A DNA stretch of 63,548 bases, filler included, from Reticulomyxa filosa (GCA_000512085.1; 17 parts of 17 records of this genome joined end to end with filler, not necessarily neighbours in it); one strand, 5' to 3'; positions 50,577-62,400 are shown, counted from the whole stretch's first letter. Notes: generated by a model not told the origin, from the letters alone. Translations and numbers: made by a program.

Positions 50577-51806
50577 TTAAAGATAATTCGTCGTGCGTTG
50601 AGATTTTGCATCATATCGTAATAAATCTTGACAAAGGTTAGTGTTATGTTTAACTCGACTGAATATCTCCTTTTTTTTTTCACACCCTTTTTTGAAAATC
50701 TTGCATGTCAACTTTAACGTTTACACTTTGGCCTGGTACTGGAAACAAATAAAAGAACTTGAGCAGTGGGAGTTTGATGTGCTTAAAATTGAACATGTTG
50801 GAAATGCCTATCTTGTCTGTGGTGGTGTGATGTCTCCAGACCAGTCTTTTAATCACGCCGAAGCAGGTTAGAAACATGTGTTTCTCTCAGCATTGTAAAA
50901 AAGAAAGATATTTAGCAAAGAACAACAATCAACAAAAAGTGATTCGTTTAGGACTAAGATTTCGTCGAATTGTGGACAAGGTCAATGCAAAATTGCATGT
51001 GCACAGCGAGTTGACCATGGGAATCCACAGTGGGCCAGTGGTCGGAACGATTATCGGCACGACCCGAAAATTCTTTCGAATTTTCGGTGACACTGTCAAC
51101 ACTGCGTCGCGCGTTTGCACAACAGGATTGGAAGGATGCATACAAATCACCCAACAAACGCAAAGTTTTTTTTTTTTTTTTTTAAAGCAAAAAGAGGGAG
51201 GAGAAGAAATGTAAATATAGATATCCGTACGTCTTATTATTATCTTCGATATATGTGTGTATGTGTAGACTTTGCAGGAGTTTCGAAGTCATTTGATTGG
51301 ATAGTTCGGGGTGACATACCAATGAAAGGAAAAGGAAATATTTGCACATACATTGTGAGAGGACTTAGTTACAAAAACACACACAATTTTTATACGTATT
51401 AAAAAAATTCTTTTTTATTTTATTTGAAAGTGTATACGTACATAAACTTATACACATATACATATACATATACGTAATGTAAAAAAAAAAAAAAAAAAAA
51501 AAAAGAGGAAAATAGCAGCACATTCTTATCGACACCAGCATGGATAAAAAAAAATATCAAACACAAAACTACGGATAATGCAAATCTGTTAGAAATGAAC
51601 TTTTATCAGTTTCTAAATTCACCAGATACTCATGCTAATCCTTTTACGTTGCGTTTCCCGACACAAACGTGCGCTTTCATTTGCACTGGACAAGCCCTTT
51701 TTGCTAAGCTGGCCTCACTTTTTGCCAAGTCCAAGTCCAATTCCAAGCCCCCAGTTGAAAGTAAAAATTTTAACAATGCTCGGTTTTCAAATCCACAAAA
51801 CAAGTT

Positions 51807-51810
<4 letters not shown>
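50577..51810 (+). CDS. Class III adenylyl/guanylyl cyclase catalytic domain (partial, spliced)
   Basis: VLKIEHVGNAYLVCGG, MGIHSGPVVGTIIG, IFGDTVNTASRV and RGDIPMKGKG. Confidence 0.9.
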
Positions 51811-51844
<34 letters not shown>

Positions 51845-52558
51845 NNNNNNNNNNNNNNNNNNNNNNNNNNNNNNNNNNNNNNNNNNNNTTAATTAATTAA
51901 NNNNNNNNNNNNNNNNNNNNNNNNNNNNNNNNNNNNNNNNNNNNTTTTTTGATATTTTTTGCAACTAATTCAGACAAAATTCCGCAATAAAGACACAAAA
52001 TAACTTTTTTGAGCATATTTACATGAAGTGGAGATCTGAAAATACAACAAAGAGTTTTGAAATTGTCATTGCCACAAAATAAGTGAAGCTAAGCCATTTT
52101 TCTGCAAAATCAGAACTTATGAAAAGGAAAGTTCAGAAATACTAATACTTAAAAACGTCGACGCTCACACATTGAAAATATGATCAATTTTAATTTTATG
52201 GTGAAAATATATTCTTCATGAAGTACCATTTTATGTGTAACATTTTTTTGCAAACTGCCAATAATTTAATTATTGCCTCAGCTAACAATTTTTTAGTCAT
52301 ATTTTGAATGTGATGTAAATGCCTCAGGTTATTGTGCGTTAAGTGAATATACAAACAGGAAAATACAGTAAGGAGACTGTGACAATTATAGAGACCAGAA
52401 GAAATTCCAGTATTTGTAGGACAGTATTCACTGAAATATTAAATACTAAATATCAATCCAAAAAGCCACAACAAATTTCTAAAAATTAAACACTCATCGT
52501 TGTAATGCGCTCGATTTAATTTGCTGTCTTAAGACTTAATTTCCTTATAAAAGCAACA

Positions 52559-53755
52559 TTATCTCCACAATCTTATTGTTTTATCATGAGAAGATGACAC
52601 AATAGTTTGTCCATCTGGAGATATATCAACAGACGTAATGTATCCAGAATGTCCTTCCAATTTTTGTATCTCTTGTCCTGATTTCACATCCCATATTCGA
52701 ATTGTTCTATCATTTGAACAAGACACAACAGTTTGACCATCTCGAAAAAATTGCACATCTCTAACAGTATCTGTATGTCCTTCCAATATCTTCATTTCTT
52801 TTCCTGATTTTACATCCCATATCCGAATTGTCTTATCACTTGAGCATGACGCAATGATAACTCCATCTGGTGAAAATTGTGATCTCTGTACATAGTCTGA
52901 ATGAGTGTTTAATGTATGTAATCTTTCTCCCGTTTCTACATTCCATATTCCAATTGTGTTATCAAAAGAAGACGATACAACGCTTCGCCCATCAGGTGAA
53001 AATTGAGTATCATTAACTTCATCTACATGTCCTTGAAGTATTTTCATTACTTTACCGGTCTTCACGTCCCAAAGACGTATTGTTTTATCTTGAAAAGATG
53101 ATACAAACGTAAAACCATCTGGTGAAAATTTAACACTTCGTACACAACTTTCTTGTTCTTCGGATTTTTTCAGTTGTCCAGAGTTTACATCCCACAGCCG
53201 AATTGTGTTGTCATACGAGCACGATACAATCATACTGCCATCTGGTGAGAATTGTGCATCATTAATCCAATTTGTATGTCCAGTGAATATTTGGATTTCT
53301 TTTGCTGATGCAACATCAACTATTCGAACAATACTATCACATGTTGAAAATACAATTTTGCTGCCGTCTGGTGAAAATTTTACAATCGTTACTCCCTCGG
53401 AGTAAGGCAGTATCTTCAAAAGACGGAAATATTTTGCCTATTTTTTTTTTTTTTTTTTTTTGCAACAGTTTTGAAGGATCAAAAACAATTTATTTGGAGA
53501 TTACTAATGCTTAACATATCTTGCAATAATTTTGTTAAATTCGTCAATCCAACCTAATTCAATTAAAGACAAACCTGACCCAATTATCCAGAATTGTTTT
53601 TATCACTTTTTCTGTCTATTTATTTATTTTTTTAATGCATGTTGTTAATCTCAACAAAATTAAAAACAAAAAAATTGTTAGGAAATGTCAAAGTTAATAC
53701 CGATTATTACCAAATCTGTCTTATAATTTTGTTCAGTTTTACATGTCGTCTGCAT
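52559..53755 (-). CDS. WD40-repeat protein (7 similar repeats) with short N-terminal LGWIDEFNKII helix
   Basis: Repeated GH...V....FSPDG..IVS.S.D.TIR.WDV.SG; upstream exons MQTTCK...|TEKVIKTILDNWVRLSLIELGWIDEFNKIIARY|AKYFRLLK (one homopolymer indel). Confidence 0.9.
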
Positions 53756-54793
53756 TCCTCCACAAAGTTTATATCCTTGGAATTCAGCAATGATGTATTG
53801 TTTGTTTGTATTATTTCCAATTTGAAAATTAAATTTCGAACCAGAAAGAAGTTGAAAATGTAACCATAACGTAGGTATATTTCTGTCCTTAGCAAAACTA
53901 ATCATTTGATGCCTTGTGTGGCCATAACTACTTGACTTGCTGCCATAATTAATTTCATGAATACATTCAAAATTCTGCCATCCCATTGCTATCAATCCTT
54001 TTTATTTGTTGCACAGATAGAGTACGGTTTGATTCAGGAAAATTTTATGTAAGTCAATCAAAATAAATCACTATGTTAGTTTGCTTGCGTCCTCCTATTA
54101 TCTAGCATGCTTAAAAGTTTCAGAATTTTCTTGTTGCTTACCTGGTCGCGAGTTGCGCTGCACTAGCAAGTCATGGTCATCCTTACAACATTTTCTTTTT
54201 GATTCAATTGTCGGGATGGCCATGCTATGGAGAAATAATCTACAAGAGCTTCAATTTTTACTTTCAATCACTTATGGAAAAGGAAGTATTTTTTATGGCC
54301 AAGGAGAATTTTTTAGCACTACGCAACTTGAACCTCTCTTTTATTACATTACTCTTGAGGAGAGGTTTTTTTGCAAATTGTCAATAAAAAATTAGAAAAC
54401 ATTTTAATTATTGAAAATTGTAGCTGGTTGCTACATATTTTTTTTTTTATATATTTGAAAATTGTGCCTTTAATAAAAACATTGCCACTATTCAAACAAC
54501 CAGCTAACTTTTAAAATTCATGTACATATTTTTATTTTTATTACTCAAAGCATCACAATGAAAGTAAATCTCAAACAAAATTTGGAGTCTTGGATCTAAA
54601 TGTTTAAAGTTTAGTTACATTAAGTTTTTAAAATAGAAGTAAATTATGCCTTACGATTAACATTTTGAACAAAATAATGAAAATACATTGAAAGTCAACA
54701 CAAGCGCAACAAATTTGGACAAAAGGAATTAGCAGGGGCAGCAGTGGTGAGACGGAAAGAGTTTTTTTGTGGTTAATTGCATATTGCGGAAGC

Positions 54794-55345
54794 ATGCCGT
54801 CTTTACCCACAGACAATGCTTCTCCATTTTCGTGTTATGATTGCTATCGGCGTTTTCTGCCCTCAGATATTGATAAATCTCAATTTCATTTGAGTCGTCG
54901 CTCGCACTTGAAAACAGCGCGACACACGACCTCAAATTCGTCGATACAGCAAGGGGGAGCAACATTGGAAAGTACGAGTAACGAAGGGTCGACAATGACC
55001 GACGTAGCGCCGCAAGCACGAATGCCGCTGTTACGGCTGTGTCGTCAGTATGCAACAATTGGGATAGTGTCATCGTTGATAGGATATGGATTTTTGTATG
55101 TGATATTGTACTTTAACGTGCACTATTACAGTTATTACATAAAGCATCACTTTTATCTAATCTATGATTGTTTGGTATGCGTGTTATATTTCGGATTTGT
55201 GCAGTGTTTCATGTTGATGTGCAATTACTGGACATCGGAGAAGAAAGACGACCGAAAGAGCAGAGACAAGGAACAAGAACAAAGGAAGAGGAAGGAAGCG
55301 AGCAGGAACGGCAAGGAAGCGAACGGGAACACAAACATACAGACG

Positions 55346-55376
<31 letters not shown>

Positions 55377-55935
55377 GTAAGCATCAGAAGCAAGAAAAAG
55401 GGAAAAGTAAGAATAGTCGTCGAAAGCGAAGAACAAAGAGAGAGGAAAATAAGAAAGCATGGATGAAATGGGTGAAAGAAATATGTTGTGCGAAAAAGAT
55501 TCAACAAGTGTATGTGTTGACATTGTTGATGGTGGTGTTGTCATTGTCAGTGCAAATGTATTTGAACTACCGCGGCAATCACCATAAGACGTCAACACGT
55601 CTGTACGACGACGAGCACGAGTACGCATGTCGAGTGATGATGAAATGTAAGCATATGACGGTGGACACCTTTTATTGTCACTTGTGGCCGCTTTTGGCGT
55701 GTCTGCTGTCGTCACTGGCCTTGCATTTCTATGTCATGTGCAACAACCAGCGTTACATACAGCCTATGGAAAGACTGTCCCAAATCTATCGTCGTCACTC
55801 GAGCACCGCACTCCCATATGAGCATGATCATGACCGGCACGAGGATGACCATCATGACGATGACGCCAATGCCAGAGCAATTACTCAACACCAACCTGTT
55901 GGCGACAAATTGTCATCACCTTTTATTGGGTTTGA
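54794..55935 (+). CDS. Uncharacterised multi-pass membrane protein
   Basis: Long ORF with about four hydrophobic segments, a basic loop and a poly-Asn tract. Confidence 0.55.
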
Positions 55936-56158
55936 AATAGTGGTGGTTTTTTTTTTTTTTTTTTTAATAAATAAACTAATTATATCAAATNNNNNNNNNN
56001 NNNNNNNNNNNNNNNNNNNNNNNNNNNNNNNNNNTTAATTAATTAANNNNNNNNNNNNNNNNNNNNNNNNNNNNNNNNNNNNNNNNNNNNACGCAGCGGC
56101 CGCGGGCCGGAGCCGATCATGGCCGCAATGCGATGCAATCTGGAGATCTGGAACCCCG

Positions 56159-56731
56159 ATGACGCCTCCCAGAAAAGGCCCCTGGACCATCCTCTCCCAA
56201 CAGGACGTGTACGCGAATCCATGGATCCGGTTGACGCACCACGAAGTGCTGACACCGGCCCAGACGCCCGGGATCTACGGGCTGATCCACTACAAGAACC
56301 TGGCCGTCGGGGTCGTGCCGGTGGATGCGGAGTTCCACACCTATCTGGTCGGCCAGTACCGATTCCCGCTCGACGCCTACAGCTGGGAAATCCCTGAGGG
56401 CGGCGGGGCGCACGGCGTCGATCCGCTCGACTCGGCGGCCCGCGAGTTGCGCGAGGAGACGGGGTTCGTGGCGCGCCGCTGGCGGAAGCTGCTGGAGGCC
56501 GACCTCTCCAACTCGGTCTCCGACGAACGCGCCGTAGCCTATCTCGCCTGGGGCCTGACGCCGGGCCAATCGGAGCCGGAAGCCACCGAGGAGCTGGCGG
56601 TGAAGCGCGTTCCGCTGGCGGAAGCCTTCCGGATGGTCGAGGCCGGTGAGATCCGCGACGCGCTGAGCGTGTTGTCGCTGCAGGCCGTCCGACTCCTCCA
56701 GCTGGAGGGAAAGCTCGACCTGCGGGACTGA
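56159..56731 (+). CDS. Bacterial NUDIX hydrolase (ADP-ribose pyrophosphatase-like)
   Basis: WEIPEGGG...SAARELREETG Nudix box and GQYRFP; high-GC intronless contig. Confidence 0.92.
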   Translation: MTPPRKGPWTILSQQDVYANPWIRLTHHEVLTPAQTPGIYGLIHYKNLAVGVVPVDAEFHTYLVGQYRFPLDAYSWEIPEGGGAHGVDPLDSAARELREETGFVARRWRKLLEADLSNSVSDERAVAYLAWGLTPGQSEPEATEELAVKRVPLAEAFRMVEAGEIRDALSVLSLQAVRLLQLEGKLDLRD

Positions 56732-56807
56732 GGGGCTGGCCGGGCTGGTCCGCTCACCGCAAATCGGAAAGACTGCGGTCCGACGGCAGTCCGGAGGTTC
56801 GCGCGCC

Positions 56808-57230
56808 ATGCCCCAGCTTCGTTACGAAGAACTCCATCCCGAATTCGGCATCCGCATCCGCGGTATCGATGTCAGCAAGCCGCTTGCACCCGGCCTCGTC
56901 GCGGAAATCAACGCGGCGATCGATCGCTACTCGTTCGTCTGCTTTCCCGACCAGTCGATGGACGACGACCGCCAGCTCGCGCTCACGCGGCAATTGGGCA
57001 ATCCGGAGCCGAGCCATACCAGCGTCGGCAGGATCGAGTATTTCGGCACCATCGGGAACGTGCAGCCGGACGGCACGGCGCTGGGCAATTCGCACAAGAA
57101 GACGATCTTCCTGACCGGCAACAACATGTGGCACTCCGATGCCTCGTTCAAACCGGTGCCGGCTTTCCTTTCGGTCATGTGCGCCTACGAGACGCCGTCC
57201 GAGGGCGGCATCACCATGTTCGTCTCGCTG
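56808..57230 (+). CDS. Bacterial TauD/TfdA-family Fe(II)/2-oxoglutarate dioxygenase, 3'-partial
   Basis: LHPEFGIRIRGID, NNMWHSDASF (HxD) and EGGITMFV; GGAGG ribosome-binding site upstream. Confidence 0.9.
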
Positions 57231-57330
57231 NNNNNNNNNNNNNNNNNNNNNNNNNNNNNNNNNNNNNNNNNNNNTTAATTAATTAANNNNNNNNNNNNNN
57301 NNNNNNNNNNNNNNNNNNNNNNNNNNNNNN

Positions 57331-57997
57331 CCAATGGTGAAGACGCAAGGGTAATCGGATATGGATACAAAGCATATGGAGGAGGCCCAACCGCGACATT
57401 GCAATACGCAGACATTGAGGTGACCGACTTCGATATTTGTTCCAAGTACATTGCCTTATGGGTCTACTATTACACTTCGAAGGGCGCTAATTACACAAAA
57501 AATTTCAACTACAGTCTTGTCGATTGGGACTCTGTTTCCTATACTTCAACTGGCTCTTATCTTTTTCCAGGTTTTTTTTTTTCTAAAAAAAAAAAAAAAG
57601 AGTACTCTTCGGATCTGTGTCATTTGATCGCTAAACACATGCACATACATATCCACATAAATAAAATAAAAGTAAATGTATATATTATATGATAGGAATG
57701 CTTTGTGCATATGATCGCAAACGTGATGCTTGTCAAGGTGCTTTATTTTTGTTGGTGTTTTGTTGCAGCCTTTGCTTGGTTGGACGGAATAAACCCGGCC
57801 AAACAAACAAACAGGAGACAGTGGGGGACCTTTGCTGAAAGGGCATTCCAATAATGGCACACAAATTGGGATCGTGTCATGGTATGTGTATTTTGCAATT
57901 GACTGCCATTATTCAAATGCATTCACTGATTTTTTAAACATATATATATGTATATATATATGTCACAGGAGATTTGAATGTGCGGACAATGTGCCAG
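57331..57997 (+). CDS. Trypsin-like (S1A) serine protease, C-terminal half, spliced
   Basis: VIGYG...LQYA, G|MLCA...DACQG|DSGGPL...QIGIVSW; introns 57571-57695, 57738-57814 and 57882-57968. Confidence 0.85.
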
Positions 57998-58330
57998 GTA
58001 CTATAATAATAATAATAATAATGACAATAACACCAAAAAATAAACAATGTTCCAACAACGTGTTATCAATGGAATCTTAACGTTGACTCATTTCAATTTT
58101 TTTTTTTTTGAGTGATTATCTTCTTCACATCCATTTTGTCCTGTTTTGGGAAGAGGGTTTGTCCCATTTTTGACTTGTATTTCATAATACGATTGTAACA
58201 AGTTTACATGTAACTAAAAACACTTTGTCCTGTGCAGCTCGTTAAAACCAGAAAAATGTTCATAAAACTGCATAGCAGAAGACAATGTTCGCACTATTAA
58301 AAAAAAAAAAAAAAAGGGGGGCAACTGATA

Positions 58331-58607
58331 ATGTCGTCAACGAATGAGAACGAAGGCGAAGAAAGCCTGAAAGATTTTTTGAAAAAGAACAATGTGAAAA
58401 ATTTCGAAGATGTGTCAACAAAACTGACAGACTTGGGGATCTCTCTAGCGTATTTGCTGGAATACAGAGAAAAGGACATCGAGTGAGCTGATTGCATTTA
58501 AATCTTTTAGAGTTTTACAATTCACTTTTCTTCTCTTTGTCTCCCTCCCGTCCACTCCATTCCAAAAAAAAAAAAAGGGACATTTGTGTAGAAGCCAAAA
58601 TTGGAGT
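58331..58607 (+). CDS. N-terminus of a protein with a SAM-like helical domain (not in the ORF track)
   Basis: MSSTNENEGEESLKDFLKKNNVKNFEDVSTKLTDLGISLAYLLEYREKDIE|DICVEAKIG, with a GTGAG...AAAG intron. Confidence 0.5.
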
Positions 58608-58866
58608 NNNNNNNNNNNNNNNNNNNNNNNNNNNNNNNNNNNNNNNNNNNNTTAATTAATTAANNNNNNNNNNNNNNNNNNNNNNNNNNNNNNNNNNNNN
58701 NNNNNNNCCTGCTGCGCCAGCAACCAACGCGACCGCCGCCATCCAGTAACCAGCCGCACCGGCTCGGCCTGCGGCCAACCCTGCAACAGGGGTGTTCTGG
58801 TTGGCCGCAAACGCGCCGGCAAGGCAGGCTTCGCAGCGCCGCTGCGAACATTTCCCCCCCTTTAGC

Positions 58867-58890
58867 CCCCGCTTCGGCGGGGATTTTTTT
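58867..58890 (+). terminator. Rho-independent terminator
   Basis: CCCCGC-TTCG-GCGGGG stem-loop followed by A and T7, downstream of an ORF end (…ATAAIQ* at about 58749). Confidence 0.85.
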
Positions 58891-59132
58891 GCCCGCTGCG
58901 CCACGGTGCCCACTGCTGTTGCGGCGCTGCGACGCCTGGCGTTCTGCAGCGCGGGCCGCCCGCCTGGCCAGAACACCAATCTGCCACTCGCAGCGGCACG
59001 TTCATGTTTCGTTACATTTCACACACAGTTACGCAAGGTTGGGCGTGAATCATCGGTGCATAACAGAGCAAACGCTCTACGCAGCCGCCACAGAGCGGCA
59101 CCCCGCAACACTACCGAGAAGCAGGAGAAACC

Positions 59133-59444
59133 ATGTCCGACAACGTGTCACACGCCATCCGGCAACATCCGCAGTTTTCCGCCTTGGTCAGGAAGCGCAC
59201 CAGCCTCGCCTGGCTGCTGGCAGCGCTGACCCTGGCCAGCTACTACCTGTTCATGCTGGTCGTGGCCCTGGCGCCAGCCAGCCTGCACCAGCCGTTACAA
59301 AGCGGCGGCGTATTGTCATGGGGCGTCCCCGTGGGTGCAGCCATCATCGTGTTTACCTGGGCACTGACCGGCTATTACGTTTACCGCGCCAATACCGAGT
59401 TCGACCGCCTGACCGCCACCATCCTGCAGGAGTGCCAGCCATGA
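59133..59444 (+). CDS. yjcH: DUF485 / YjcH-like inner-membrane protein
   Basis: [16 protein letters not shown]...[11 protein letters not shown]; AGGAG RBS; stop overlaps the actP start (ATGA). Confidence 0.88.
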   Translation: MSDNVSHAIRQHPQFSALVRKRTSLAWLLAALTLASYYLFMLVVALAPASLHQPLQSGGVLSWGVPVGAAIIVFTWALTGYYVYRANTEFDRLTATILQECQP

Positions 59445-60653
59445 TGCGCCGTCTCGCTAGCTTGCCTGGCCTGCTGGCCAGCCCCTTGGCCCTGGCCGGT
59501 CCGGCCGTGGCCGGCGCGGTGGGAAAACAGCCGCTGAACGTGGCCGCCATCGGCATGTTCATGCTGTTCGTGTTGCTGACACTGGGCATTACCTGGTGGG
59601 CTTCGCGCCGCACCCGCTCCGCCAGCGACTTCTACACCGCGGGAGGTGGCATTACCGGCTTCCAGAACGGGCTGGCCATCGCCGGCGACTACATGTCGGC
59701 GGCCACGCTGCTGGGGCTGTCCAGCATGGTGTTTGCCAAGGGTTACGATGGCTTCATCTACACCGTCGGCTTCTTTGTCGGCTGGCCCATCATTACCTTC
59801 CTGATGGCCGAGCGGCTGCGTAACCTGGGCCGCTTTACCTTTGCCGATATCGCCAGCTACCGGCTGGACCAGACCAAGATCCGTACCTTTGCCGCCTTCG
59901 GCTCGCTGACGGTGGTGAGCTTCTACCTGATCGTGCAGATGGTCGGTGCCGGCCAGTTGATCCAGCTGCTGTTCGGTCTGGATTATCCGGTAGCCGTGGT
60001 GGTGGTAGGGCTGGTGATGATGGCCTATGTGATTTTTGGCGGCATGATCGCCACCACTTGGGTACAGATCATCAAGGCCGTGTTGCTACTGGCCGGCGGC
60101 ACGGCACTGGCCCTGATGGCAATGTCGCGCTTCGGCTTCAGCTACGAAACGCTGGCGCGGGAAGCCATCTCCGTCCATAAGGACGGCCTGGCCATCATGG
60201 GGCCCGGCAGCATGCTGGCCGACCCGGTGAACGTGGCGTCGATGTCGCTGGGCCTGGTGTTCGGCATTGCCGGCCTGCCACACATCCTGATGCGCTTCTT
60301 TACCGTGCCCAACGCCAAAGAAGCCCGCAAGTCGGTGTTCTACGCCACCGGCTTCATCGGCTTTTTCTTTCTGGTGGTGTGTACGCTGGGCTTTGCCGCC
60401 ATCGCCATCATCGGCAAGGACCCGCAGTATTTTGTCGGCGGCGAGCTGGGCGGCAAGCTGGTAGGCGGCGGCAATATGGTGGCCATGCACCTCGCCAAGG
60501 CCGTGGGCGGCAACCTGTTCCTGGGCTTTTGTCTGCGGTAGCGTTTGCCACCATCCTGGCGGTGGTAGCCGGCTTGGCGCTGGCCGGGGCCTCGGCCATT
60601 TCGCACGACCTGTACGCCACTGTGATCAAGAAAGGCAAGGCTGACGAGAAGAG
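59441..60653 (+). CDS. actP: Cation/acetate symporter ActP (solute:sodium symporter family), 3'-partial
   Basis: [53 protein letters not shown] and [14 protein letters not shown]; 1-nt deletion in the T-run at about 60527-60530. Confidence 0.93.
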
Positions 60654-61369
60654 NNNNNNNNNNNNNNNNNNNNNNNNNNNNNNNNNNNNNNNNNNNNTTA
60701 ATTAATTAANNNNNNNNNNNNNNNNNNNNNNNNNNNNNNNNNNNNNNNNNNNNAAGATATTTGCAGCATTAAGAAATGTACACAAACATGAAAGGACGCA
60801 AAGAATCGTCAGTTAATAAAATGACAGGTACCAAGTCAATACGAAAGTCATACCAATTGAAATATTTCATTGCATCTTTGGTGTGTCAATATCGGGAGTC
60901 ACACACACACAGCATAATTATCAACAAATATTTGGCCGAATTATGCGCATTGACTGATTGAGTGAATCGAGTAAAAATAATGCGTGCTAATTTGAGTTTT
61001 GTTGTATGATTGTAAACATATAAGAATTCATTGTCGGTTGTGTTTCTTTTTCATACATATAATCTCTAACCACCCAAAGTATTAATGAAACGGATTTATT
61101 GTATCCTTTGTTCACATTATCTTCTTGCCTCTCTCAATAGCTCACACTTCTTGTACGATCCATTGTAAGTCTTCATAATCCATATACCACAACACTACTG
61201 GTCCACATTTTTGCTTCATCTTTTTCCTTTCTTCTTCCCTTGATGTACTCTTCTTCTTGCCCTTCCTTCTCTTCCTCTTCTTTCATTACAAATCTACAAT
61301 TAAATGATCTATGTTTCATATTTTGGCAAAGATATTTCACAACAACTGAAAATATGATAAAAATAACAT

Positions 61370-62400
61370 ATACCTTCAGATAGAGATGATGTTCTTCGTG
61401 ATCGGTTGGCATTTGCCCATCTATAACATTCAAACATACAATCCCACACATACATTTTTTAAAACAAACACAAAGAGAAAAACTTACTCCATCAATGTTG
61501 TTATCCCGCGCGGGATATAATCACTTTTCAAATTAAAAAAAATAATAAAAAATTAATATTTCTAATATAATTTTTTTACTTTATTAATCTTTTTCTTTTT
61601 CTTTCTTTTTTCATATAAAATGTCACCTTTTTTTATTTTTTTTTGCAATCCTTTTTTATTTTTTTCTTTCCTTTTTCTTTTTCTTTTTTCCTTTTTCTTT
61701 TATTATCACTTTTTTTTTCTTATTACTACATTTTTTTTTCTTCCCCCTTCTTTTTTCTTTTATTATTCAATTTTTTTTTCCCACTTATTCTTTATTTCCC
61801 AATTTTTCCAATTTTATTTTCAGGATAGTACCTCGACCGACCTATATGCACAAACAAGTTACTTTTTATAATCTTTTAAATAATAGACAAAAAAAAATAT
61901 TTATAACATACTTGTGACTTCATCTGCTCCTATATTTCTTTTTTTCTACACAGAAACTAACAATACTTTTTTTGGGGGATGAGGGACAAATAAATAAAAA
62001 GTATACATATATTTTTTTTATTTGAAGGGGGAATCCTATTGAATCACACAAACACAACATTGCATAACAAAAAAATATATATCTATATAAATAAATATAA
62101 AAAGCACAAACCATTTTTCCTTATTTAGGATACGGGGGTAGATTGCGACCCCTATTTTTCTTTTTTTTCTTTTGTGTGAAGGGGATGGGAAATATAATTT
62201 TAACGAGCTTTGCGGACGGAGGAACCTATGTTACGCAACACAAAACAAAACACTTACACATATTTTAATAAAAAGATAAATAGGACAAGCCTTTGTTTCT
62301 CCTTTCGGAGACGGGGGTGGTTTCTACCCCGTATTCTTTTTTCTTTTGCTCAAATTCATCCAATAATTTGCGCGATCGATGTTCAATATTTGTCCAGTCT
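61370..62400 (-). CDS. Possible intron-rich gene with very short exons, product unknown
   Basis: Short coding-like blocks (WTNIEHRSRKLLDEFEQKKKEY; VAIYPRILNKEKW) lie between AT-rich intron-like tracts. Confidence 0.3.

Noticed and set aside
58889-59440. 550-aa ORF as an N-terminally extended ActP
   Set aside because: The extension is an alternative frame over yjcH and intergenic DNA; the RBS and ATGA coupling place the start at 59441.
60520-60540. Programmed frameshifting or RNA editing as the cause of 1-nt shifts (also near 155, 10540, 24349, 53570)
   Set aside because: The shifts sit in or next to base runs and also affect a conserved bacterial gene, which points to homopolymer sequencing error.
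60788-60803. 16-nt match ATGAAAGGACGCAAAG shared with about 49593-49608 (minus strand)
   Set aside because: No extension of similarity on either side; treated as chance.
61370-61530. Translation-factor GTPase-like fragment (GIVCLNVIDGQMP...EEH)
   Set aside because: Weak resemblance only; no P-loop or NKxD found and no clear splice acceptor.
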